The notes under the pieces are model-generated. The model saw only the letters and a list, made by a program, of their open reading frames with translations, had not been told where the DNA came from and ran no database searches. Positions 49,700-62,256 of a stretch of DNA of 64,000 nt are shown one piece after another. The stretch spans positions 26,784,001 to 26,848,000 of the forward strand of contig OZ241827.1 in assembly GCA_965202585.1 (NCBI GenBank). Direction: 5' to 3'. A program made the translations under genes and the position numbers. Each line of letters opens with the position of its first letter. Within the stretch, counting starts at the first letter, position 1. The stretch comes from Thalia democratica. Lineage: Eukaryota.

Positions 49700-52600
49700 A
49701 TTTCGAAATCTTAATTGCGCAGCAAAAGGCCATTTTTAAGTCACAAAACGAGCATGGGGTGGGGTGAAAACCGCTATTATTGACGTCATAATGTATTCGT
49801 CGTCACAAACGAAATGTTTGTTTAATTTGTTTTTTCGCTTCTCAGTTTGGTAAATGACCAGAAAGTTGTTTGAATAAAGCTTGCTTACTAAAGTATTCTA
49901 CTAAAAAAACTTGAAAAACTATTCAAATTTTTTATGTATTTTTATAAATAAAACTTCTTCAGTTTATAATTACCTAAAATTAGTTTCCAAAAAGTCTTTT
50001 TAATTTTATTTTTCCTCACAAATATTCAGTTTTTATCACGTAAAACTTATTTTAATTAATATGCCATTGGCTAAAAGCATTAAACATGTAATTGTGAAAA
50101 TAGCAAACAAAATACTTTCAGAAAAATGTTTCGTGTCTGAAACAGCATCAGACCGGAAATGAAAACAAATCTGCGTGTCAGCGGCTGCCTATGACGTCAT
50201 AAACACAACCATGTGTTCCTTAGAAACATAAAAACGTCTTTTTCAAAAGCGCTGTCGGCCAAAATTTTTAATAAGTAAGGCGCTTGCTAAAGTTTATATA
50301 AAATAAACATTTATCGATAAGGGTTGCATTAGCCCAGTTGGTCTGTTATGACAGCTCACGCTAAATATAGTCGTGTTTACACTCGACCTAAGCAATTTAT
50401 CTGCTTTCACCATCTAACTTTAATTTCGTTGCGGTTGCGGGGCGCTAAAACAAAACTGCTATCTAGCTTTTATCAACAATTTTACTGCCTCGAAGCGGCG
50501 AAGTTTACACTATTACCGTTGTTTTCTAACTAATCAAAATCAATTTAAGGGCCAATTAAGAAAAACAAGGCGCCTACAAACACGACCTTGTAGAAAGATC
50601 TGACAACCGCGAAAGTTTATTTTGATAACCAGGTGCCTCTCTTTATTCAATTTGTAAAGCCTTCTATTGTTCTTTATTTCTAAATCAATTTGCCGGTCAA
50701 TTGATGATCGCTTCAAAACCTGACACGCGGAAGATTACCGTTTCTGGCTTATGGTGCACGAAGCGGTGCCAAAAAAAAAGTAAGAACGATAAAATGCCGA
50801 TGAAACAAAAAAGCACCGCAATCAACGCGATCCAAAGCTAACAAGTAACTTTGATAGCGAAATCATCACCTTTCTAACATTGGCAATTTAGAGGTCGTTC
50901 AGTAACAAGTAAAACTTTTTTTTGGATAACAATGTTTTGAATGACATCATTTTTAGGTTTTGAAAAGTCATCCGTCTTCCGTTGAAACGGGATCTGCTCG
51001 CCTATTGAAGCGTGATGCGATCAGGGTCCGAAACTCTTCTGAGATCGACCGAGAGCTTGGGTTTCGTCGCTCGATAAATTTTCTCATGAAAAAAACGCAG
51101 GTCGAGGCATTTCATTGTTACGTCATATTGAGAGAAGCATAAGCCGACTGAGCGAACGATGGGAGATATTTTCTAAACATAGCTATGGTAACGTTTAACA
51201 AGATTAGATTACCAGAAAAAGAAAACTTTAATTAACCTTCCCTTTTTACTTTTAATTTTTGGCGTCATTTAAAAAAATGTTTTAGATTTATTTACTTAAA
51301 TTTAAAAGTCTCTGATCAAACTTGTTAGTGTTTATTTCTAATATTAAGACACTTTTGACTTATTCTTATAAGACAAAATGTATACTATACACTTACGTAG
51401 TTATAACAGTTAAAATTTTCTTTAAAATATTAAGCTTTTAAATAACTCATATATATAAATTAATTTAACATCACCATTACCGTTATTAAAATTCCTAATT
51501 GTTGAAATTCGTAACCAGAACAAAATTTACAAATCGATTCAATAAAAACTAATTTGCTGATGGTTTTTTAATCTAAAACAGGAAGGAATAACCAAATGAC
51601 TAGGATATAGACTGTAATATAAAAATTTAAACAGAGTTTTTACACAAATTTTAATTTAGCAAGTACATAAATCTCTTAAAACAACTTTATTACATTTTTT
51701 TTAATAAATAAAAACTCAAAGAAAAAAAAGAACTTAAACTTAAAAAGTTATATGTATTTCTAATTCTACGAAAGCAAAAGCATATTTGTTTTCATTCTAA
51801 TCAGTTTGTTTCAAAACGGAAAATGCATTATTTTGAAATACCTTTAAATTTGTCTTGCAAACGACTTAAGTAGCAATTCGAAGATGACAGCAGTGCGTCA
51901 TGCAGTCTGACGTCAATGCCTCGCAGGCACTTCACTTTAAGGTTTCGTTTTAGGCGATTTCACGGCTCAAAAAAACAATACAAGAATATAAATTCCAACT
52001 TTATGTTTTTTTTTAACATTCGAAATTTAAATGGTACTCGATCATTTTTTGACTTAAAAAAAGATTTTGTTGGAGATATTAAGAAAAAAGTGTTGCCAGC
52101 TTGCCTTTATCTAATCGTCATTATCTTACAAATGCCTCCCTGCCTGAAAGGGTATCAATTACGTCATTTCAGTTTATGAGGTCGCTTAGTAACGGGCAAG
52201 TTTAGTTATTTTCTTAAACAGTCATTACTGAGTCACAAACTACGTTACGCTTTGTAAATAGTAAGATTTTGCCAATTTATTTTTAAACAAATTTTAATTT
52301 TCTTTTTTAAATCTTTTAGTAGTACTAAACTGTTTTAAATGTAAATATCTAAGTTGATGCTAATTTAACTTTGTTTTTTATAATTGAATTTTTTTTTATT
52401 AAAATAAAAATAACCTTTACAAATTTTTAAATTTTAGAAAAATCTAAATGGTTTTTCAACAATTTGCAAAATTTTGTTTTAATAAGATTATTGTTGAGTA
52501 TTAGGTTTTGTAAAGTTAAAAGTCCAAACTTTTTTTTTCTTGAATAAATTTCTCTTTGAAGTTTTTATGGTTATAAACCTTTCTCAAAGACAAAGTTTAT

Positions 52601-53150
52601 ACTCTTACAATTTTCCATAGTCCATATCTTAGAAATTTTTTTGTAACAGTCTTGAAAACTTTGAGCCCGTAAGCTAGTTACCATAAAAAAACGTTTCGCA
52701 GGAAGCTAAAAATACTTAAAATTTTAGACACTAACTTAACATTTTTAACAACAATGTTCGTATTTTTATTTATTAAGCTAGCGTTTTTGTCGTCTTTAAA
52801 TTTTCAGTTCTATAAGTTCAAATTAACAAATTTTGTTTAAAGATATACTTTTTAAGGTTTAAATTTTTTTAATGTAATCCCAACACGTGTAAATTTTCTA
52901 AATATAATAATTAAAAATCATAAGCAGGTTTTGGTGCTAAAAAGCAGCAAAATTCCTTTCATTTTATTTAACACTACGAAAAAAGCTTTTAACATAATCC
53001 AACAAACAAAGGATTTAGAAAATCAAAAGCTCCACGTCATAATTTCCTTTCTTGGTTGCTTTTTATGACGCATCTCAACAATTACGTCATAAACTTTTTT
53101 TTGCACCTGCCCCTCTCTGCTAAACTCAAAGGTTTTTGTGCTCTTATCTT
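49700..53150. promoter_or_regulatory. Intergenic series of CRE-containing CpG islands (putative downstream enhancers)
   Basis: TGACGTCA at 49781, 50192 and 51908, with TTACGTCA-type sites at ~51118, 52160 and 53083. Short GC-richer patches alternate with AT-rich spacers; no credible coding exon. Confidence 0.5.
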
Positions 53151-56100
53151 TCTTTACACTTTAACTCTCAGCTCTAATTCCACTATTTTCTCATATTTTT
53201 GTCATATCAATAAAACCTTTTAAAGATTTCGTGAAACTGTTTAAATTCTGTTTATTTCTTAAACTTTGACTAGTGACGGATTTAACTTTTTAGTTTAAAA
53301 TTTTCTACGGCTTCAATTTTTCAAGATTATAATTCACCGTTAAAAAAAGTTTTCTATAATTGAAGACTGTTAATTACAAATACATGAGAAAGTTTTACAT
53401 TTAAACTAAAGTCAGATTTTGTTGACTGCTGGACACTTTTTTAATGATATTTAAAATGTAAATTTGAATCTTATACAAATTACTAAAAAGTTGATGTATT
53501 TTAAAGAGAACCTTTAAAATAACGTTCATTGTGTTTAAAAATTAAAGTTCACCATAAATAGTAAAAAAAGACATTAGTATTGTGGCTCAAATTTTATTTT
53601 CAAAGTATTTTTAACAATCTAGTAAGCTTTTTAAAGTCGGCCTTACAAATTCTAAAATTATTAATCAATGGTCGTTTATTTGTAAAAACCAATATTATTA
53701 AATTACTAAATTATATAAGTTACAAAAAATAAATAAACGATGGTTTAAAAATCTACCAGTTTATTGCAACATTTTGTTCAAATTAATTTCGGACAACAGT
53801 CCTTCATCAGTCTAAGTTATATAAGCAAATATACATCTTAATTAAACATTCTTAAAAAGTTTCAAAGCACTAAATGGCTGTTCATTTTTTTTTAGTTCGG
53901 TCATTTAATTCTATTTATTATGAATACGTTTTATAAATTGAGTTTTATTCAAACTAGTGTAATTTTTAATTGCTACGAAATTCAATCTTACATTTATGGA
54001 AATATAAACAACTAGTATTATTTTTTGCTTAAAACTAAAAAGTTTTTTAGTTATTGTTTTATAACGTAAAAGTTTATAAATTTTAAAAAATTGCAAGCTT
54101 TTCACTAAAAAATATATGTTTTTAAAAATAGAATTCATATAAATTTATTTTATAGAATATTTAAAGCAACATGATCAAAGTAAACTCATGAGATTATTTT
54201 GAGCTAAAACTTTCATTAGATATTCTTTCTTAGTACGTTTTTTATAAAAACATTTACAAGTAAATGTCTTGGACAAGACGTTAAAAGGTATCTATGGTGT
54301 GCGACTCGATAAGCGAAAGGTTTTTTTGTACACCAGGTCCTAGGATCAAATACTTTGAGCATACTTTTGTCTTTCAATAAAACTTAAATTTTGGCTTGCT
54401 GTGTACATATTATGTGGTTTAAGTAATACATTTTTTTTTCCTAATCAAATTTTTCTAAAGTACTTCAGAGAACTACTTAGCGGAAAAAAAAATCGTTAAA
54501 CTTACCGACCACACCAATATGAACTTTGTGCTAATAAAAAATTGATAGATCATTTATCTTTAATTAGCAAGCAATGAAGTTTAACTTGTCTTTATCTTAA
54601 TTACAAGGAAGTATTATTTTTTTGACAATGTACAACATTTTGTATAAACTATTGTATATATATTAACTATGGTAAAAAAAAAGACCAAAAACCGAAAATA
54701 ACTTAAGTTTCTTTACAATCTGTAATGAAGATTGTTTAAAGCTAAACTTTTTTGTTTAAAGTTGTAGTGTTTGAAATAACTTAGATAAAAAATAGTACTA
54801 AATGTAAAAAATTACAAAGAAAGCCGGGTTTTAACTTTCAAAATAATAATGGTGACCATCAAAAGGTTTTAATTTTCAATAGATTTTTATAACAATTATG
54901 ATAAATTTTTGCTTGGAATCTGTAGTTTGATTAAAATATATGCTAGTGTAAAAACTTAAATATTTTTTTATAGTTAGTTTTTAATTTAGTTACTCTTTGT
55001 TTAATCATAAATTTTGTACTACAAAATGGATATTTGTAAGGAGAAATTAGTACTTGTTAAAGATGTACTCAAATCTTTAAAATATACTTAAGTAGAACTT
55101 TGGCTAAGTGAAATAAATCTAAAAATCACAAGTTTAATTTTTACGTGTAAGATAAAAGTAAAATCTAAATAAAATAAAGAAGTTTAATTTTCTTTTTTGC
55201 ACATTTCATAAGCTTTTTTAAAGCTTTACTGCTACCTTTTTTATTCGAGCTTTTATCATTAATTTAAAAACGAAAAAGTTTTGTATTACTGACCTCTATT
55301 TTAAAATATTTAGATATTTTTTTAAGCATTTATATCTAAGTATCTAACAAATAAAAATTATTCGTTACATCAAACACAGATCTTGAAGGTTTGATAGAAC
55401 TAGATCTTAAATTTTAGTTTTGTTTTAATCTATAATACAGTTGCAGAACTTACGTTTCTAAAATATTAACTTTAGAACATAAAAGTAACATAAGTTATTT
55501 ATTATTAGGATATTTTTATAATATCTTTAACTTTTTTAAATCTTTTTCATAAAAAAAAAATATAGTATTAAAAGCTATGCTTAAACTTTTAAAAATATAA
55601 TTCTAAGGCGATATAGTACTTAAAAAAAGCTTTTTTTTTATATAGTTTAATTACTAATTTAGTGAATTGAATATTTAGAAGTGAATAAACAGGGAGGTAG
55701 TTTTGTACAATGATGTAAAGTGTTGTGTTTTTTAGCCTTAGCTTAGATTCAAGACAGTATAATTCTCTAACTGGAAAAATACTTATAGTGATACAAACAC
55801 AAACTTTAAACAGTAATACTAACAATACAGATGTTTAGTTACGTATATTTGGTACAAATGATTTTTACTGCTTAGCAGATCTTCAGGTACAAATATGGTT
55901 TATTGTTAATAAGCCTAGACTTTTAAAACCTTAACAGTATTATTAGATTTTGCCAATAAATTTGCTGAGTTTAAATTATATTTAGCGAAACTGAAATTAC
56001 CTTTTTTTATTTAACTTTAGAAAACTACTTCAAACAGCTAATATGGAAATTTTTAAAACAACTGGTAAATTGTAATTTAACTCTACTATGTCTACTTGAT

Positions 56101-56782
56101 TTAAAAAGCCAGGGTCTTTCAAAATGATACATGAGGTAAACTGAATAAAATGCTAGTCAGTTTCGCTTTAAATTTTGATGCAAAAAAAAAAAAGCAAATT
56201 CTCAGTATGAAGTGCATACAATAAAAAAAAATTATGCTAATTTTATAGAAAACAAATAATGAATAGTTTTTTATTTTTTTATTTAAGAAAATTATTTTTG
56301 GTTAAAATAAAGCTAACTGTTTGATTTTTTTTCTGTATGTTTAAAAATTAAAACCTTCGACGATAAAGTATCTAAAATAACTAGCAATTAAATATTTCTT
56401 TCGAACAATAATTACAAACAAAATACAAAAGAAACGTCAAGAAACTGTAAATCAAAAATAATACCAAACACAGTGAAAATTTACAACATATTTAATAGGT
56501 AACTTAAAAAACAAAATACAAAACCATTATTTTAGAATATTTATTATAATTCTTTATATTATATTATTTATAATATTTATTATTATAATGTTTCTTATCA
56601 AACAAGCAACCTTTAAATATTTTCTCAACTACAACATTTACTTACAGTTTAACAGTAATATAATCTTACTAAAAATAAACAAACTTGTTTGATAAGCAAA
56701 CAAACAAAAAGCCATTTACCCTACAAAATCAGAGACAAACTTTAAGCCACTGTTTTGTGAGTAACAAAATTTTGTCAAGCAT

Positions 56783-59700
56783 TCAAACAGAAGAAGATCT
56801 GTTTCTGCTCCCCATCTTTTTCATCTTTTTCCTGACGATGAAGCTTCCGCTCGACACCCGCTTCTCCGCAATCAGCTCCTCCACCGCCAGTTTCTCCTTG
56901 ATAATTTCGTTCGCTTCCGTCTGAGACTGCAGCTTCAGCTTCCTGAACTTCCTCGACAAGTTCTTCCTCCTCAGGAACCAGTGCTCCTTCACGTGCCTGC
57001 CGAACCTGTCAAAAAACAAGCCTACTGACAATTGACAAGACCTATAACAATTAATTTTTTGCTTACTTATAATATTTAAATATGTGGTGAAAAGAGATTT
57101 AACAAAGGAATCAATTAAAATCGAAGACCCTTATATTGAAAACGTTTATCACAAGTTAAGCAGTATTTTTCAATTATGACAAACCTTTTCAGACGTATCT
57201 TCAGCGCCTCCTCCATGGTGTCCGGGGCGAACGGGCCTTCCTTGTAGTGAACGTCGTGGTAGGCGGCGGAAAGCCACTCAAGCATGAGCACTATCGTGCC
57301 GACGAGCATGCCGGCCGCCATCAAGTAGAAAATTCCCGCCAAATCGCTGACCGTTAGCTGGCGCACGTGATCCGCGTCGGCGTCGCAGAGGTTCTGCCAC
57401 GTGATCTCGTACTTGTGGCTCAGAGCTCGCACGTATCCCCGCTGCACCAGCTTGTCAAAGTAGGAAGAGAACTCTTGCAGGTGGGGAAAGTTTTTACTGA
57501 CGGCAAAAGCGTACTCCATTCCGGGAAAATTCGAGCTGGACACCGACCTGAGCTTGCACCCGCTCTGCCTCTCCGAGTGCTCCAAAGACACAGAGTCCCA
57601 AAAGAAGGCAAACTTTTCAGTCATGGATTTTTCAATGCCTTCGTCCAGGGAGCGCAGCACGACGTCCTCTTTTTCAACGTCGTAACCGAGATCGACTTCT
57701 CGCATCAGGGCGGACACCGAGGAATCGGCCACCGTGCCATAATCGTAATCCGTCCTGGACATAAGGTCGGCCACGCTGTCCATCCAAGTAGTCTTGGGGC
57801 GGTCGTGCCGCGACAACGCGGACACCATGTTGGCGGTGTAGTGGGCCACCAGTACCACCGAGCACAGGTACCAGGCCACCGTCAGCACCCGCTGGGACAT
57901 GGACCTGGGCACGGTGTCGGGCGACTGCCAGAAGAGCGCGGCCCAGGTGAAGTAGAGCGCGTTGCTCATGCACATGCCCCTTTCCGCTTCTTGCCTGGCC
58001 GACGCCAGCCTCTTCTTGTTCCAGTTGGAGGTCTTATGGAAGAAGTGGCCCCTGTTACCGTACGGACTGATTTTGGATAGGAAGTTCAAGAGGCTGGCCA
58101 CTAAAACGACTGATATCACGATTGCGAGGTACAGGTCGAGTGTGAAGGGGCTCATGAAGGCAAAAGGGTTGTACTCGAAGTCGGGCTGGTTCTCTCTGCG
58201 GTAGACAAACTTTATTTCGATGTTCATGAAAGCTGGTAAGAAACTGACTGCCGTTTTGCGCTGGGCGGTCACCGTCAACGGAGCGACGATCAAATCAACC
58301 TCGTCCCTCACGAGGCTGCCGACCATTCCGCTCCACGCGTTGGTCTCCTCGTCAAAATCTCCGAAAAATCCGTCACCAACCAGGGTCACGTTGTAATCGA
58401 AATCGCCGATTGCGGCAAACGCTTGCAAAAGCTCGATGCAGAAGCCGTTAAACTCGGAATTGTTCGCATCGTATGTGACAAAAGGCGCTTCTACAATTGT
58501 CACGACCCGCAAAAACATTTTCCCATCTTTAAACTCTTGGCTGCTGTGTCCTAAATTCAAAGAGGTGACGTCAAAAACAATTGGTTTCTCGGCGTTTTGG
58601 AGAAGCTGCACAAACTTGTAGTGGTGGTTTACAAACCAAGAAATACGGATCGGAGTGATTCTGTTACCAGTTGCGTCGAATTGAATTTTTTCAAGGCCGT
58701 ATATTGTTTGGTTTATCAAAGACTTCTTTACAAGGTCTATATCAATCTGTTACCGAAAACTTTAATCATAACAAACTTGTACATAACTTATAAAAAGCAA
58801 ATCTTACCTTAGCTTTTGATGTTTTAAAATTATTCAAACTAATTGCAGCAAGAACTATAGCGTCGGTAAAGGCAAATATTTTATCCATGTTGGCAAACTT
58901 GTAAGCTGGCAAAAACCGGCTCGATTCACTAACCAAAGATTTAGCTTCAGTTTCCTTGCTCACATACTCCGTAGTAAGAACGCCTGAAGTTACAGTTTTA
59001 TAAATAACTAAAACACTGTTTTCATATTCTCTAAACTAAATATCAATAATTGTTAATAATTACTCTAAACCAGGGTTTCCCAAAGTGGTCCATTTAGTCC
59101 TTTGGGGCGATAAGCTGGAAAGGGAGTAATGGGGGCGCACTAGTAAAAGGGCCATATAAAAAATTAGATACATTAGATACAAAGGGCCATATAAAAATTT
59201 TAAAATTACACTAGATAAACTGTGGTGTTTAATGAGCGGAGGCAATCATTTATTAACTTCTGAAAAGGGGCATTTTTGAATTCGAGTTTTGGAAACCCTG
59301 CTCTAAATTTCTCAAACGTACTAACAGTGTACAGTTTGTAAAAATTATTTAAACTATTTTTAATTAGCTTATTTATAAATATTTTTTCTTTATATTGCAG
59401 TTTTTTTTAAACCGAAAAGTTTTATCTATTATCTAATCATTAAAATTACGTAATCAAAGTTTTATAATTCAAGTTTTATGAGAGCTTAACTAAAACAGGC
59501 ACCAACTAAAACTTAAAATACAAATTAGAATATTATCTTATGCTTATTTTGTTTAAACTATACATTAAAATTAATAGAAAATCTAATACTTTTTAAAATA
59601 TTTTTTTAATTAGTTGATAGAAAATTCTATATAAATCAATTTTTAGTGTTAAAAATTTCAAAACTTTAAGTATCTTTTTTTAGTAGTTTTATTATACAGT

Positions 59701-61308
59701 TAGTTCTTAATTTTTTTACATACTATCATACTGTTAAAACTTTTGATTGTATATGGCTATGTTTTGTATACAAAACTTTAAAACTAATTGTTGATAGGTA
59801 AATAGAAAAGAAAATATTGCGAATAAAACTATCTAAAAACATATTGTTTTTTATATTTCAAACTTGAAACAAGACAAACTAAGAAAAAAAGCAAATACTA
59901 AATCGTTTCAAATTAGTAAATTAAAGTTTAAGATACGCTAAACTAGCTGTTGAATAACAAAAACTTTCACTTTATTGTTACAAAAATAACTTAATCTTTA
60001 AAACACAGAGAAAAATTACCAAACCTGAAAGTTCCAACTTTGTTAATTCTAGTTCTTCATTGTTTTGAGTAGCGAAAATCCAACCATTTGCACAAGTTAT
60101 ACCTAAATTATACGCTTTTGATAAAAACTCAATTAGGCACGGTCTATTTAAAACTACCATATGAGGGTTATATTTTCTTAACTTTCTGAGACTTTTTGAT
60201 ATTTCTACTCGGTCACAAACCTCCTGAAAATATTAATAAAGTAAATTATGGAAATGATTTCAGATAATTCGATAATATAATTATCTTTAACTTAATTTTA
60301 TTATACTTTTGTGACTGATAGCTAAAACTTTGTTTTTTATCAAATATAATTAGTTGTACTTTTGTTTAATTTCTTAAGTTTCATTTTTACAGTAAATAAA
60401 AATAAACACACTTTAAAGTTTTGAATAACTTCTTCATGCTTACTTTGTTAAGTTTTACAGTTATCATAAACTCATCAAAATGCACTTGCTTTTTTCAAAC
60501 TTAGTACAGATGCATCTAATGTTCATTTAAAATTTTATCCATGGTATACTATTTATTTTATACTGGATAATTCTTAACATAAAATAAAAAAATTTAGTAA
60601 TTGATATAATCACAGAGTTACTTATTGCGCGAAAGTACAAAAAAACACCAGTGCTATTAATTTTGTAGAACCTTGAAAATTGATTAAACCTTGTAATATA
60701 TTATATCATGCACTTCTACACTGTTGTTTTCGTTTTTCAACATTCCTATGCTAATCTGAATCGTTCTAGCAAAGTTCATTCCTTTTTCACTGTCAACTGT
60801 CAAAATGGATAACTTATCAATTCCAATAAAATGTGCGATTTTTGGAAATATCTACAAAACAGTTGAGTATTAGTCTCGATCACAATTGTAATGTTAAAGT
60901 AAATAATAACATAGCTTTTAAAAATGATAAGAAAACTAAATTATATATTAATAGTTAAAGATAAAATCTTTATAATACTTACATTTAAAAAATTATAAAT
61001 TTTAATTTTTAAAGGCTTGTACAAAAATAATTTATGAAATTATACGAATAAAATAGTCTCAGTCAATAACTTATTTATACAAACGTATAACTTTCAATGC
61101 AAGATATGTTTTGGTATGATTTTTTGTGTTTAAATACACTTTAAATGATGATTGTATTTAATTGTATTTTTAAACAAAAGCATACTTTTAGTTCATTATA
61201 AATTGAAGATTTTAAATAAACTACATTCCTTTCAACTTTTGGATAACATAAATCACTGGCATTTGGTTCAACTACTGAAACATTGTAATATTCTGCTAAA
61301 ACTTCATT
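56783..61308 (-). CDS. Divergent ionotropic glutamate receptor subunit (non-NMDA architecture; delta/GluN1-like ligand residues); 5' end incomplete
   Basis: Phase-consistent minus-strand exons: 61308-61186, 60851-60690, 60223-60025, 58983-58808, 58746-57185, 57005-56783. S1 has VVTIVEAPF, WSGMVGSL and APLTVTAQR. M1-M3 include PRSMSQR and HYTANMVSA. S2 has YGTVADSSV and FAFFWDS. M4 has LAGIFYLMAAG. The C-terminus is -SSSV. Upstream small exons encode an ATD-like region (FLSKAYNLGITCANGWIF). Confidence 0.92.
59071..59300. mobile_element. hAT (Charlie/Buster-type) MITE, 230 bp, in an iGluR intron
   Basis: TIRs CAGGGTTTCCCAAA and (reverse complement) CAGGGTTTCCAAAA. The 8-bp flanks are CTCTAAAC (59063-59070) and CTCTAAAT (59301-59308). 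Confidence 0.88.
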
Positions 61309-62256
61309 CTATAAAAAACAATACAATTGTATATGAAGCACCAATTTCGTGCTAAAATATTTTTATGCATTTATTAAAAAAAATTTCTTAGTTTTTTTTT
61401 TATGTTTTGTTTGAGTTTAATAATTTCGAATAGCTCTGTGAAAGTTTACAATACAAAAAACATTCAAGTTTTACTACTTATTTGTTAACAGTTAGTTAAG
61501 AAGTATGTAAATAATAAAATCTACAATTATTATAACTTTGTTCTATCATGATAAGTAGCTATTAAATTACTTTTGTTTAAATGCTGTGTTTTTCTGCTTT
61601 AGAATAATAAAACAGTTTTACAGGATGTAATATTAATGTTCTTCAAATTATACATTTCACTAAGAAAATTATCTATAAATATAAATGAACCTTAGAGTTT
61701 ATGAAAGTTAATTAACAACAAGGCTAAAACAGAATGAGCAAATATTTTTATTTGTTTAAGAAGATAAATATATTCTATAAGAACTTTATTAGTTTTTAGT
61801 TTCAAAACTATACAGGTGCAAAATATAAAACTATAAAAAGGTAACACAATCTTAATTCAACAAATTTTACAAAACATTTTTCAATTGTATTACTTTTGTT
61901 TTAAGCTAAAACGTTATTTACGTTTGTTGACAAACTTTTCTTAAGTTAATTTAAATAAGTAGATTGTATTTTAATATTTCAAAGTTAGGTAATTCTATAT
62001 ACTTTAGTACTAAAATAGATAGCTTTTGTTTTACATTAAGAATTTCATATTGGTCTATCTATATTTTACAAATGATACTAGCAAGTTTTTCATTGACAGA
62101 ATACATTTAGAATGTTACTTAAACAAAATACCATGTATAAAACTTTAAAATAATTTTATTTAAATCATGCTGCACTTTTAGATGTTGAAATCAATTAACG
62201 TAAATAAAATGACAAAACAACTAATTTTGTACTCAAATACTTTATTGACTGAAAAC

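Noticed and set aside
57367-58080. 237-aa plus-strand ORF and other short ORFs overlapping the iGluR exon
   Set aside because: These are antisense or alternate-frame shadows of a GC-rich coding exon; they have no motifs and the opposite frame is a clear iGluR.
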